From assembly GCF_025149285.1 (NCBI RefSeq), contig NZ_CP102274.1: DNA of 32,000 bases; one strand, written 5' to 3'. The position numbers were made by a program, and so were the translations under genes. This document shows positions 23,382 to 30,491 of the stretch, in pieces. The notes below the pieces were generated by a model. That model saw only the letters and a program-made list of their open reading frames with translations, searched no databases and was not told where the DNA came from. The DNA comes from Hungatella hathewayi (GTDB taxonomy: Bacteria > Bacillota > Clostridia > Lachnospirales > Lachnospiraceae). Positions within the stretch are counted from its first letter, which is position 1, and the number at the start of each line of letters is the position of its first letter.

Positions 23382-25191
23382 TATGAGCCATTTATGATAA
23401 TGTCCTTATATACCGCAAGGGAAAATGTCCCAAGTATGGTATAATCCTCTGGATATACATCTAAGAAGGAGGACATCACGATCAGAAAGGTAATACTATC
23501 AATGGACGAACAGAAGAAATATGAAGTTATCAAAGGATTGTCAGATCATCCAGGCTCCAGCAAAGAAAGAGCCGCCCTGACTCTTGGTTATTCCGTACGC
23601 CATATTAACCGTATGCTTGCCGGATATCAGAAATCCGGTAAAGAGTACTTCTCACATGGAAACAAGGGACGTAAACCCGCTAATACAATCAAAGATGAGA
23701 CCAGGTCTGTTATTGTTGATCTCTATCGCAGCAAGTACTATGACGCTAACTTTACTCACTACACGGAATTACTTGAGAAACATGAATGCATTTCTGTTTC
23801 TCCGTCCTCTGTTTCTAAAATCCTGGAGGAGGAATATATTCTTTCTCCTAAAGTTACCCGTGCAAAACAAAAACGAATCAAAAAGCACTTAAAAGATCTG
23901 AAGAAGGCGGCCAGGCCACAGAAGGAAGCCGATACGATCCAAACCAACCTCGTTGCTGTGGAGGATGCCCATTCCAGACGTCCCAGAGCTGCTTATTTTG
24001 GTGAGCTGATCCAAATGGACGCCACCCCGTATGCATGGATTCCTGGCGTTGTATGGCATCTTCACGTCGCTATTGATGATGCAACCGGAAGGATTGTCGC
24101 TGCATGGTTTGATACGCAGGAAACCTTAAACGCTTACTATCATATCTTTCACCAGATTTTAACCACCTATGGCATCCCGTATAAGTTTTTCACTGACAGG
24201 CGCACTGTATTTACCTATAAAAAGAAAAATTCCCCATCTCTCGATGAGGATACCTATACCCAGTTTGCCTATGCTTGTAACCAACTCGGCGTCGAATTAG
24301 AGTCAAGCAGTATACCACAAGCCAAAGGGCGCGTAGAACGATTAAACCAGACCCTACAGTCGCGCCTGCCAATTGAAATGCGTCTGGCAGGCATTACGAC
24401 GATAGAAGCTGCCAACGAATTCCTCAACCTCCAAGTAAAAGAATTCAATGAGAAGTTCTCACTTCCTCTTAATACTATCAAATCCGTATTCGAAGTGCAA
24501 CCATCAGATGAAAAAATCAATCTGATCCTCGCTATTCTGAGTGAACGTACTGTGGATACCGGCCATTGTCTCAGGCACAATAACCATTACTACAGGATGC
24601 TCGACAAAAATGGAGTACAGGTACACTACCGTAAAGGAACCAAAACTATGTTTATACAGGCTTTTGATGGCAATCAATACTGTTGTGTAAATGATACGAC
24701 AATCCATGCGCTCGACTGTATTCCAGAACACGAAGCCAAATCAAAAGATCTGGACTTGGATTACAAAGAACCTAAGCCGAAAAAACAATACATTCCCCCG
24801 ATGAATCATCCATGGAGAAAGTCCGTATTCGGGAAATTTGTCAGGAAACAAGAACATCATTGGAATGATGACGAAAAAGTATATGCTTCCTAGAAATGGA
24901 GCGGAATCGTTGACAAGAGAACCGTGGAATAACAGGGTTATGCCCTGTTATTCCGTGAAAGTCTCTTGACATAAGATTCACGGCCCCCCCTTATCCGCCA
25001 GAAAGAAACAATGTTTCTTTCCCTGCCTTCCCGGCGAGGGATAACGGATCAAGGGCTCTGTTGTGATACCCAAAAATGAAGAAACACATCTGATTCAAGC
25101 TTAACAACACAAACGAAACTTAAGAAAAGCCCCAGCGATTTGCCGGGGCTAATGTTTCACTTATTTTGGGACATTTTCAAAAACGCTTGAC
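23382..25191 (+). mobile_element. IS1202-group (ISNCY-like) insertion sequence, about 1810 bp
   Basis: It is bounded by a perfect 28-bp direct repeat. The imperfect terminal inverted repeats are atgagccatttatgataatgtcc (left) and the reverse complement of ggacattttcaaaaacgcttgac (right), which match 16/23. An extra inverted copy of gaaaatgtcccaa lies at 23422-23434 and 25167-25179. There is a single 463-aa rve-type transposase gene. Confidence 0.8.
23502..24893 (+). CDS. DDE (rve-core) transposase, IS1202/ISNCY-like
   Basis: 463-aa ORF with SD aaggagga. It has an N-terminal HTH (LGYSVRHINRMLAGY) and the catalytic contexts LIQMDATP, KFFTDRRTVF and AKGRVERLNQTLQ. Confidence 0.88.
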   Translation: MDEQKKYEVIKGLSDHPGSSKERAALTLGYSVRHINRMLAGYQKSGKEYFSHGNKGRKPANTIKDETRSVIVDLYRSKYYDANFTHYTELLEKHECISVSPSSVSKILEEEYILSPKVTRAKQKRIKKHLKDLKKAARPQKEADTIQTNLVAVEDAHSRRPRAAYFGELIQMDATPYAWIPGVVWHLHVAIDDATGRIVAAWFDTQETLNAYYHIFHQILTTYGIPYKFFTDRRTVFTYKKKNSPSLDEDTYTQFAYACNQLGVELESSSIPQAKGRVERLNQTLQSRLPIEMRLAGITTIEAANEFLNLQVKEFNEKFSLPLNTIKSVFEVQPSDEKINLILAILSERTVDTGHCLRHNNHYYRMLDKNGVQVHYRKGTKTMFIQAFDGNQYCCVNDTTIHALDCIPEHEAKSKDLDLDYKEPKPKKQYIPPMNHPWRKSVFGKFVRKQEHHWNDDEKVYAS

Positions 25192-25219
25192 AGAATAATA
25201 TGCCTCTTGATTGTCCCCA
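25192..25219. repeat. 28-bp direct repeat, right copy (target-site duplication)
   Basis: Identical to 23354-23381. Confidence 0.9.
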
Positions 25220-25260
25220 AATTTGATCAGTAAAGTTAAGCTTACTGTAAGGCTGGGGTT

Positions 25261-25300
25261 AAACGAAAAGCCCCTTTCGGTATTAAACCGATTGGGGCTT
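25261..25300 (-). terminator. Rho-independent terminator of nagB
   Basis: On the minus strand: aagcccc-(19 nt with an inner cggt/accg stem)-ggggctt followed by ttcgttt. It begins 34 nt after the nagB stop codon. Confidence 0.7.
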
Positions 25301-25333
25301 AAATTATGTACTGTTTAGTCAGTACCACTCTTA

Positions 25334-26074
25334 CTATTTACAGCAGTCGCCAAGTTTCGCGAGGGCAGCTTCGTCTGCTACGATTGTTACATCCGGATGC
25401 AGCTGTAAAATGGAAGCAGGAACGCGAGGAGTAACCGGACCGCAGATCACTTCCCGTAAGATGGCAGCCTTATCCTCGCCGCTTACTACCAGCAGGATCT
25501 TTTTTGCACTCATGATGGTTCCGATTCCCATGGTGTAAGCCTGACGCGGAACGTCATCGATGGAAGCGAAGAAACGCTTGTTTGCTTCGATGGTACTTTC
25601 CTGTAAATCAACGATATGAGTTTCCTTCGGATACTCATCGGCCGGCTCATTAAAGCCGATGTGACCGTTGTGGCCGAGGCCTAAAAGCTGGAGGTCTACG
25701 CCGCCTAACTCATGGACTACATTTTCATAGCGCGCACACTCTTTTGCAGCGTCCGGCTCTGTGCCATCAGGGATATTGGTGTTCTCTTCCTTGATATTGA
25801 CATGCTTGAACAGATTCTCATGCATAAAATAGTAGTAGCTTTGATCGTTATCTCTTGTCAGTCCTTTATATTCATCCAGATTGGCAGTCTTTACTTCAGC
25901 AAAATCCAGATCACCGTTGTTGTACCATTCAATCAACTGCTTGTAGGTTCCGATCGGTGTGGAACCTGTAGCGAGTCCCAGTACGCAGTCTGGTTTCATG
26001 ATAACCTGAGCGGAAATAATGTGTGCCGCTTTGCGGCTCATGTCATTGTAATCCTTTGCGCGGTAAAGTCTCAT
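25334..26074 (-). CDS. nagB: Glucosamine-6-phosphate deaminase
   Basis: The blocks MRLYRAKDY...VLGLATGSTPIGTYKQLIE...ANLDEYKGL...LLGLGHNGHIGFNEP are the canonical NagB motifs. The start is set at ATG 26074, which has GGAGGG 7 nt upstream, rather than the track start at 26089. Confidence 0.92.
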   Translation of the reverse strand: MRLYRAKDYNDMSRKAAHIISAQVIMKPDCVLGLATGSTPIGTYKQLIEWYNNGDLDFAEVKTANLDEYKGLTRDNDQSYYYFMHENLFKHVNIKEENTNIPDGTEPDAAKECARYENVVHELGGVDLQLLGLGHNGHIGFNEPADEYPKETHIVDLQESTIEANKRFFASIDDVPRQAYTMGIGTIMSAKKILLVVSGEDKAAILREVICGPVTPRVPASILQLHPDVTIVADEAALAKLGDCCK

Positions 26075-26193
26075 TTTATAGCCCTCCATGTTCTTGAAAA
26101 AAAATTTTATTCCATTTATAGCTTTAGGATAACATTTTTATGGCATAGTTTCAATGGCTATTTGCATAAAATATTTATAAAAGGGGTGATATC

Positions 26194-28329
26194 ATGTCCA
26201 ATTATCGGAGACTAATCTCATATATCTATGCCTATGAAGGCGGAATCAAAGGAAAAAACATTGGGTTCGCGAAAATAGAGACGCGGGGCAGCCAGTGCAA
26301 GATTACGGTGAATGTGAAAAAGGTTTATGTGGGCGGCAATGATATCGGTGTCTATCTGCTGGCCGGTGAAAAAGAAATTTTGCTGGGAAATATTTTTATC
26401 CGCGGAGGTTCCGGGGAATTTCGTACGGTCGTTTCGGTAAGCGATGTGGAACACTCCGGAATTCCCATGGACCAGTGCTACGGACTGACAGTCCATGATG
26501 TGGAAAATACATGGCGGTCTTACACGACGATCTGGGAGGATGCAGTGGCCCACGCTGCAGAGGTGGAACTTTCCAACACACTTCCCGAAACAAAAGAAAG
26601 AGAAGAAACGGCGCAGGAGGCGCAGATTAAAAAGGCGATAAAAGAAATCGAAGAAGAGTTCCCGGTAGAAAATGAACAGGATACAAAGGAAAGTGAAAAG
26701 CAGGATAAAATGTCCCGGGAGCAGCTTAAGGCATTTACGGAAAGTGCCAGAGAACAGTCGAAGGCATTTGCAGAAAGCATCAGAAAACAGGTGGAACAGT
26801 CTGCAGATACGACGGAGCAGACGGCGGAGGCATGGATCCGGCAGCAGGAAGCCAGGATGGAATGGTCCAGAGCAAAAGCTTCTTACATAGAATCCGTGAA
26901 TGAACCTGCGAAGCCGGAAATGGCGCCGGTGGAGGAACCGCCGCGCAATGTTCACGGTACGAAGGAGCCTGCCGCAGAGCAGGAAATTCCAATACGGGAA
27001 CCGGTACGGCAGCAGCAGGAGCCTCTGACAATGGCGCACACGTCGGAACTGTCTTATGGCAAAAAGGATAATTCGCTGCGCAGCTATACCGTATTTTCCG
27101 GAGTTCCGGCCGTAGAATATGCTTCTGAACTGATGCCGGATATCGAGACTGTTACAACACTACATACAGGAATGTTGGAGGCGGAAGCAAATAATCAGCC
27201 TCCGTTTATGGAAGAGAGGCAGTCTGCCGGGGAATCGGCGGAGATGCTGTATAACCAGGAAGAAAAGGAAATTCAGAGTGAATTTCTGGAAGAGATCCAG
27301 GGCGAGACGATTTGCTATCGGGCCGATGCATCGAGGCCATTTGCCGTCCGGCCGGAAAGCAGGATGTACCCGCAGCAGGAAGCAGATATGGGAGCACCGA
27401 AATCTGCAGATGAAAATCTGACGGATTTCCATGCATCAGAACACAGGCAGGAACAAGTGGACCGGTATGAAACTCAGAACACAGATGAGATAACCGGCAT
27501 TCATTTGTTGGCGGACAGAGAAAAAATACCAGGTACAGAGTCTGTGGGGAACACGCAAAATCCAGAGATGCCAGACAAAGCGATGTCAGTCAAAGCAATG
27601 CCAGACAAAGCGATGTCAGACACAACGATGTCAGACACAGCGTCCGGTACGCAGAACAGTTCTGATTCCGGTATGGAGGAATTCATGCAGGAACGGCCAG
27701 AGATGTATTTAGCGGACGACGCACAGGATTGTTCGGAAACGAGCGCGTCAGAAAATCAGGCAGCACAGTCTGTACAGGAGAACAGAGACGCAGCAGAATC
27801 TTATGGTACCGATGAGGGGGCAGCAGCCACGCCCTCACATGCAGCGGTAGAAAGACAGAAGGAGCCGGAGATCCAAAAAGCCCAGGAGGCACAGCCTGTT
27901 CCAGGCGATCCAATGGAACTGGAACGGCTTTTAAAGACTGAGGAAGAGGAAGAAAACTCCAGTGACCGGATATGGGATCAGTTAAGGCGGGAACATACGA
28001 AAATCCTGGATTTTGACTATGAGAAGGGCTGCGAAATCCTGACTATTAAACCACAGGATATCGGCCTTCTGCCCAGAGAGACATGGGTGTACGGAAATAA
28101 CAGTTTCCTGCTTCACGGATACTATAATTACCGTTATTTAATTCTGGCAAAGCTGTTTAACCCGGAGGGGACTCCGCGTTATCTGCTGGGGGTTCCCGGC
28201 CATTATTACAGCAATGAGCGGTATATGGCGTCGATGTTCGGTTTCCCGAATTTTGTGCTGTCAAAGAACCAGCCTATGGAAGACGGACGTTTCGGCTACT
28301 GGTATACCGATGTAAAAATTGGTAACTGA
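26194..28329 (+). CDS. Large hypothetical protein: conserved-looking N- and C-terminal domains joined by an approximately 450-aa acidic low-complexity region
   Basis: 711-aa ORF with SD aaggggtg. The N-terminal roughly 125 aa look beta-rich (ISYIYAYEGGIKGKNIGFAKIETRGSQCKITVNV). The C-terminal roughly 130 aa are aromatic-rich (WVYGNNSFLLHGYYNYRYLIL...GVPGHYYSNERYMASMFGFPNF...GYWYTDV). The middle is rich in E/Q/A/P/S. It may belong to a Clostridial DUF family, but I cannot confirm which. Confidence 0.75.
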   Translation: MSNYRRLISYIYAYEGGIKGKNIGFAKIETRGSQCKITVNVKKVYVGGNDIGVYLLAGEKEILLGNIFIRGGSGEFRTVVSVSDVEHSGIPMDQCYGLTVHDVENTWRSYTTIWEDAVAHAAEVELSNTLPETKEREETAQEAQIKKAIKEIEEEFPVENEQDTKESEKQDKMSREQLKAFTESAREQSKAFAESIRKQVEQSADTTEQTAEAWIRQQEARMEWSRAKASYIESVNEPAKPEMAPVEEPPRNVHGTKEPAAEQEIPIREPVRQQQEPLTMAHTSELSYGKKDNSLRSYTVFSGVPAVEYASELMPDIETVTTLHTGMLEAEANNQPPFMEERQSAGESAEMLYNQEEKEIQSEFLEEIQGETICYRADASRPFAVRPESRMYPQQEADMGAPKSADENLTDFHASEHRQEQVDRYETQNTDEITGIHLLADREKIPGTESVGNTQNPEMPDKAMSVKAMPDKAMSDTTMSDTASGTQNSSDSGMEEFMQERPEMYLADDAQDCSETSASENQAAQSVQENRDAAESYGTDEGAAATPSHAAVERQKEPEIQKAQEAQPVPGDPMELERLLKTEEEEENSSDRIWDQLRREHTKILDFDYEKGCEILTIKPQDIGLLPRETWVYGNNSFLLHGYYNYRYLILAKLFNPEGTPRYLLGVPGHYYSNERYMASMFGFPNFVLSKNQPMEDGRFGYWYTDVKIGN
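27568..27640 (+). repeat. In-frame tandem repeats inside the 711-aa ORF
   Basis: atgccagacaaagcgatgtcag occurs at 27568-27589 and 27598-27619 (30-nt period). cgatgtcagacaca then occurs twice with a 15-nt period (27611-27640). Together they encode MPDKAMSVKAMPDKAMSDTTMSDT. Confidence 0.85.
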
Positions 28330-28345
28330 TACCGTCAGCCGTCCG

Positions 28346-29041
28346 TCAGTAATCGATTCCGCGCAGAGAAACGTCAGCAATATAGGGGTGCAGGATTTCT
28401 GCAAATGCCAGAAGCTCCTCCTTTGTGCAGGAAGTAAATCCGGTGCATAAGACTTCACCGGAGTCCACATAATTCTGGAGATAGTAGTGGGAACAGCCCT
28501 TAAGCCATTGGCCGATATCCAGGAAATCCCGGCTGCCGTGAAGTTCCTTTACGACAGTAGTCCGGAACTCATACGGGATGGAGCCGTTCATCAAAAATGC
28601 CGCACTTTCCTCTATATATTTTATCTGAATGCCGGGAATGCCTGCTGTGCGCGGGTAATTTTCCCGGCCGGCCTTGATGTCCATGGCAATATAGTCGAGA
28701 AGGCCTTTCCCGGCGAGATCCTTTAAGACGGCGGGCCTGTAGCCGTTGGTATCCAGTTTGATCAAGTACCCCATCTGCCTGATCCGGCGGATAAATTCTT
28801 CCAGATCGTCTGAGAGTGTTGGTTCTCCGCCCGTGATGCAGACCCCTTCCAGAACCGAGGTACGCCGTTTTAAGAAGGTGAAGAGCGAATCCTCTGTCAT
28901 GGCTTCCTCGGCGTCATTTCCCAGAAGCCCGCTGTTGTGGCAGAAGGGACAGCGGAAATTGCAGCCGCCTAAAAATATGGTGGCTGCTACATGGCCGGGG
29001 AAATCCAGGAGAGTAGTTTTTTGCAGACCGCAAATTTTCAT
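28346..29041 (-). CDS. nrdG: Anaerobic ribonucleoside-triphosphate reductase activating protein (radical SAM)
   Basis: 231 aa from ATG 29041, which has SD aaggaag. The N-terminus MKICGLQKTTLLDFPG, the radical-SAM cluster motif CNFRCPFCHN and GVCITGGEPT are all present. The track ORF extends upstream to 29128 without an SD. Confidence 0.88.
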   Translation of the reverse strand: MKICGLQKTTLLDFPGHVAATIFLGGCNFRCPFCHNSGLLGNDAEEAMTEDSLFTFLKRRTSVLEGVCITGGEPTLSDDLEEFIRRIRQMGYLIKLDTNGYRPAVLKDLAGKGLLDYIAMDIKAGRENYPRTAGIPGIQIKYIEESAAFLMNGSIPYEFRTTVVKELHGSRDFLDIGQWLKGCSHYYLQNYVDSGEVLCTGFTSCTKEELLAFAEILHPYIADVSLRGIDY

Positions 29042-29067
29042 TATTTTCGCTTCCTTATTTTCATGGT

Positions 29068-29265
29068 ATACTAGTATGATCCGCACGAAATACCTTACTG
29101 TTTCGCTGGTCTGATTTACCGACAGCACAGACGCAAAAGCCTCAGCATAGCCCCACTACGCCTGCGTTTTTGCGTCTGCACTCTCGAAAAATCATCCTCA
29201 TCGAACCAGTAAGGCATTTCGTGCGGGTCATACTGGTACTGCATTGCGCAATGCAGTACCAGTAT
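29068..29265. repeat. Nested inverted repeats in the nrdG-tadA divergent intergenic region
   Basis: 32-nt arms at 29068-29099 and 29207-29238 are reverse complements at 29/32. An inner 11-bp stem is formed by cagacgcaaaa (29128-29138) and ttttgcgtctg (29168-29178). A perfect 36-bp palindrome, atactggtactgcattgc|gcaatgcagtaccagtat, lies at 29230-29265. Confidence 0.85.
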
Positions 29266-29300
29266 ACCATATTCTAAAACGAGTGGAAAGAGGGACCGGC

Positions 29301-29798
29301 ATGAATGCTGATGAAAAATATATGCGCGCTGCAATTGGACAGGCCCGGAAGGCGGGAGCGATCGGTGAGGTACCTATTGGCTGCGTCATTGTTTATGAGG
29401 ACAAGATTATAGCGAGGGGATACAACAGGAGGACGATCGACAAGAATGTTCTGTCCCACGCAGAGATTATCGCGATAAAAAAAGCATGTAAGAAGATTGG
29501 TGACTGGCGGCTGGAAGGCTGTACCATGTATGTGACCCTGGAACCGTGCCCCATGTGTGCCGGGGCTATCGTCCAGGCAAGAATTCCCAAAGTTGTAATC
29601 GGCTGTATGAATCCCAAAGCCGGATGCGCCGGCTCTGTGCTTGATCTGCTTCATGAGGACGGGTTTAATCATCAGGTTGAAATGGAGAAAGGCGTTCTGG
29701 AGGAAGAGTGTTCGCGGCTCATGAAGGAGTTTTTTAAGGCGCTGAGGGAAAAGAAAGCAGCTGTGAAAAAACAAAAACAGGAAGAGACGACTCCTTGA
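29301..29798 (+). CDS. tadA: tRNA adenosine(34) deaminase
   Basis: 165 aa from ATG 29301. It has the CDA zinc motifs HAEIIAI and TLEPCPMCAGAI, and the start EKYMRAAIGQARKA...GEVPIGCVIV is typical of TadA. The K/E-rich C-terminal tail is also typical. Confidence 0.92.
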   Translation: MNADEKYMRAAIGQARKAGAIGEVPIGCVIVYEDKIIARGYNRRTIDKNVLSHAEIIAIKKACKKIGDWRLEGCTMYVTLEPCPMCAGAIVQARIPKVVIGCMNPKAGCAGSVLDLLHEDGFNHQVEMEKGVLEEECSRLMKEFFKALREKKAAVKKQKQEETTP

Positions 29799-29823
29799 CA
29801 AATGGACCGATTGCATGTATACT
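29795..29823 (+). promoter_or_regulatory. Promoter of the SRP RNA gene
   Basis: TTGACA (29795-29800, overlapping the tadA stop codon), 17 nt, TATACT (29818-29823). It lies about 90 nt upstream of the mature 5' end inferred from homology. Confidence 0.6.
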
Positions 29824-29917
29824 AAATTGGCTATACATTGAAACAGATGTATAGGTGTGTGCAGTAATGTTAATCGATGGAATGTCAGCATACAGACCAA
29901 CATATGTCATAAAGTTT

Positions 29918-30180
29918 CCGTGCAGCCGGGGAGATAGCGGTGCCCTGTACCTGCAATCCGCTCCAGCAGGGGTGATGTCTCACCTCGGATCGTCTACTGC
30001 AGGGCTGCCCCTGATAAGTGGCGATGACGTTTGGGTCTTACGCAACAGGAATTCATGAACCGTGTCAGGGCAGGAATGCAGCAGCACTAAGTGGAACCTC
30101 CTGTGTGCCGTGAGGCAGCCTGGACTGAGTTAACTGTCAGGGTAACGCCTGTGGTAACGATACAAAGTGAGACGCACGGA
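29918..30180 (+). ncRNA. ffs: Signal recognition particle RNA, long Bacillus-type (scRNA with Alu domain)
   Basis: ccgtgcagccggggagatagcggtgccctgtacctgcaatccgctccagcagggg is nearly identical to the B. subtilis scRNA 5' Alu domain as I remember it. The domain IV core is gtcagggcaggaatgcagcagc. The 5' ccgtgc pairs with the 3' gcacgg (30174-30179). Its position between tadA and dnaX is the classical Firmicute synteny. Confidence 0.9.
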
Positions 30181-30221
30181 TTAATAATATAACTATAAAT
30201 AAAATACAGCGAATAGAAGAC

Positions 30222-30262
30222 AATAAGACACCGGGGAAGAAAATCCGGTGTCTTATTGTTTC
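30222..30262 (+). terminator. Terminator of ffs
   Basis: Perfect 13-bp stem aataagacaccgg (30222-30234) / ccggtgtcttatt (30245-30257) with a 10-nt loop, followed by gtttc. Confidence 0.75.
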
Positions 30263-30398
30263 ACAGGAAAAGCCGTCCGTGTATCAATCCTCCCTTTGAG
30301 GGGCCGCAAAGCCGGCTTGCCGGACTCTTTGGTATATTACAATCATTACCATTTAACTGGTAATTTTCTTACATTTCCCGATAGAACAAAGTTTTCCC

Positions 30399-30427
30399 TT
30401 GCCCCACCCTTCCCTTTGTATTATAAT
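30399..30427 (+). promoter_or_regulatory. Candidate pfkA promoter
   Basis: TTGCCC (30399-30404), 17 nt, TATAAT (30422-30427). Confidence 0.35.
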
Positions 30428-30491
30428 TATGTACAAAATGGGTATATAGTATCTATTTCCTAAACATGAATCTAAGAAGGGGTGTGCTTTG

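Noticed and set aside
18255-25191. A composite transposon formed by the two IS elements.
   Set aside because: The elements belong to different families (IS3 versus IS1202/ISNCY-like). Each has its own intact target duplication, so they inserted independently.
23354-25219. The 28-bp direct repeats interpreted as att sites of an integrated element or as CRISPR-like repeats.
   Set aside because: They immediately flank a single-transposase IS that has its own terminal inverted repeats. No integrase or recombinase is present and there are only two copies. A target-site duplication is the simpler explanation.
25186-25219. A hybrid outward-facing promoter created by the IS1202-group right end (TTGAC + A of the target gives TTGACA).
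   Set aside because: No acceptable -10 hexamer lies 16-19 nt downstream, and the direction is antisense to nagB.
26218-27039. A 273-aa minus-strand ORF, plus several 60-90-aa ORFs, inside the 711-aa gene.
   Set aside because: They are antisense to the acidic low-complexity region. GAA/GAG/CAG-rich coding sequence naturally leaves the opposite strand open, giving an L/F/R/C-rich junk composition, and there is no SD.
29042-29265. NrdR boxes upstream of nrdG.
   Set aside because: The palindromic cores here (ATACTAGTAT, ATACTGGTAC) do not match the NrdR box consensus as I remember it (acaCwAtATaTwGtgt), and they do not occur as a properly spaced pair.
29274-29903. A 209-aa minus-strand ORF.
   Set aside because: It is antisense to tadA, which has unambiguous deaminase zinc motifs, and it runs through the ffs promoter.
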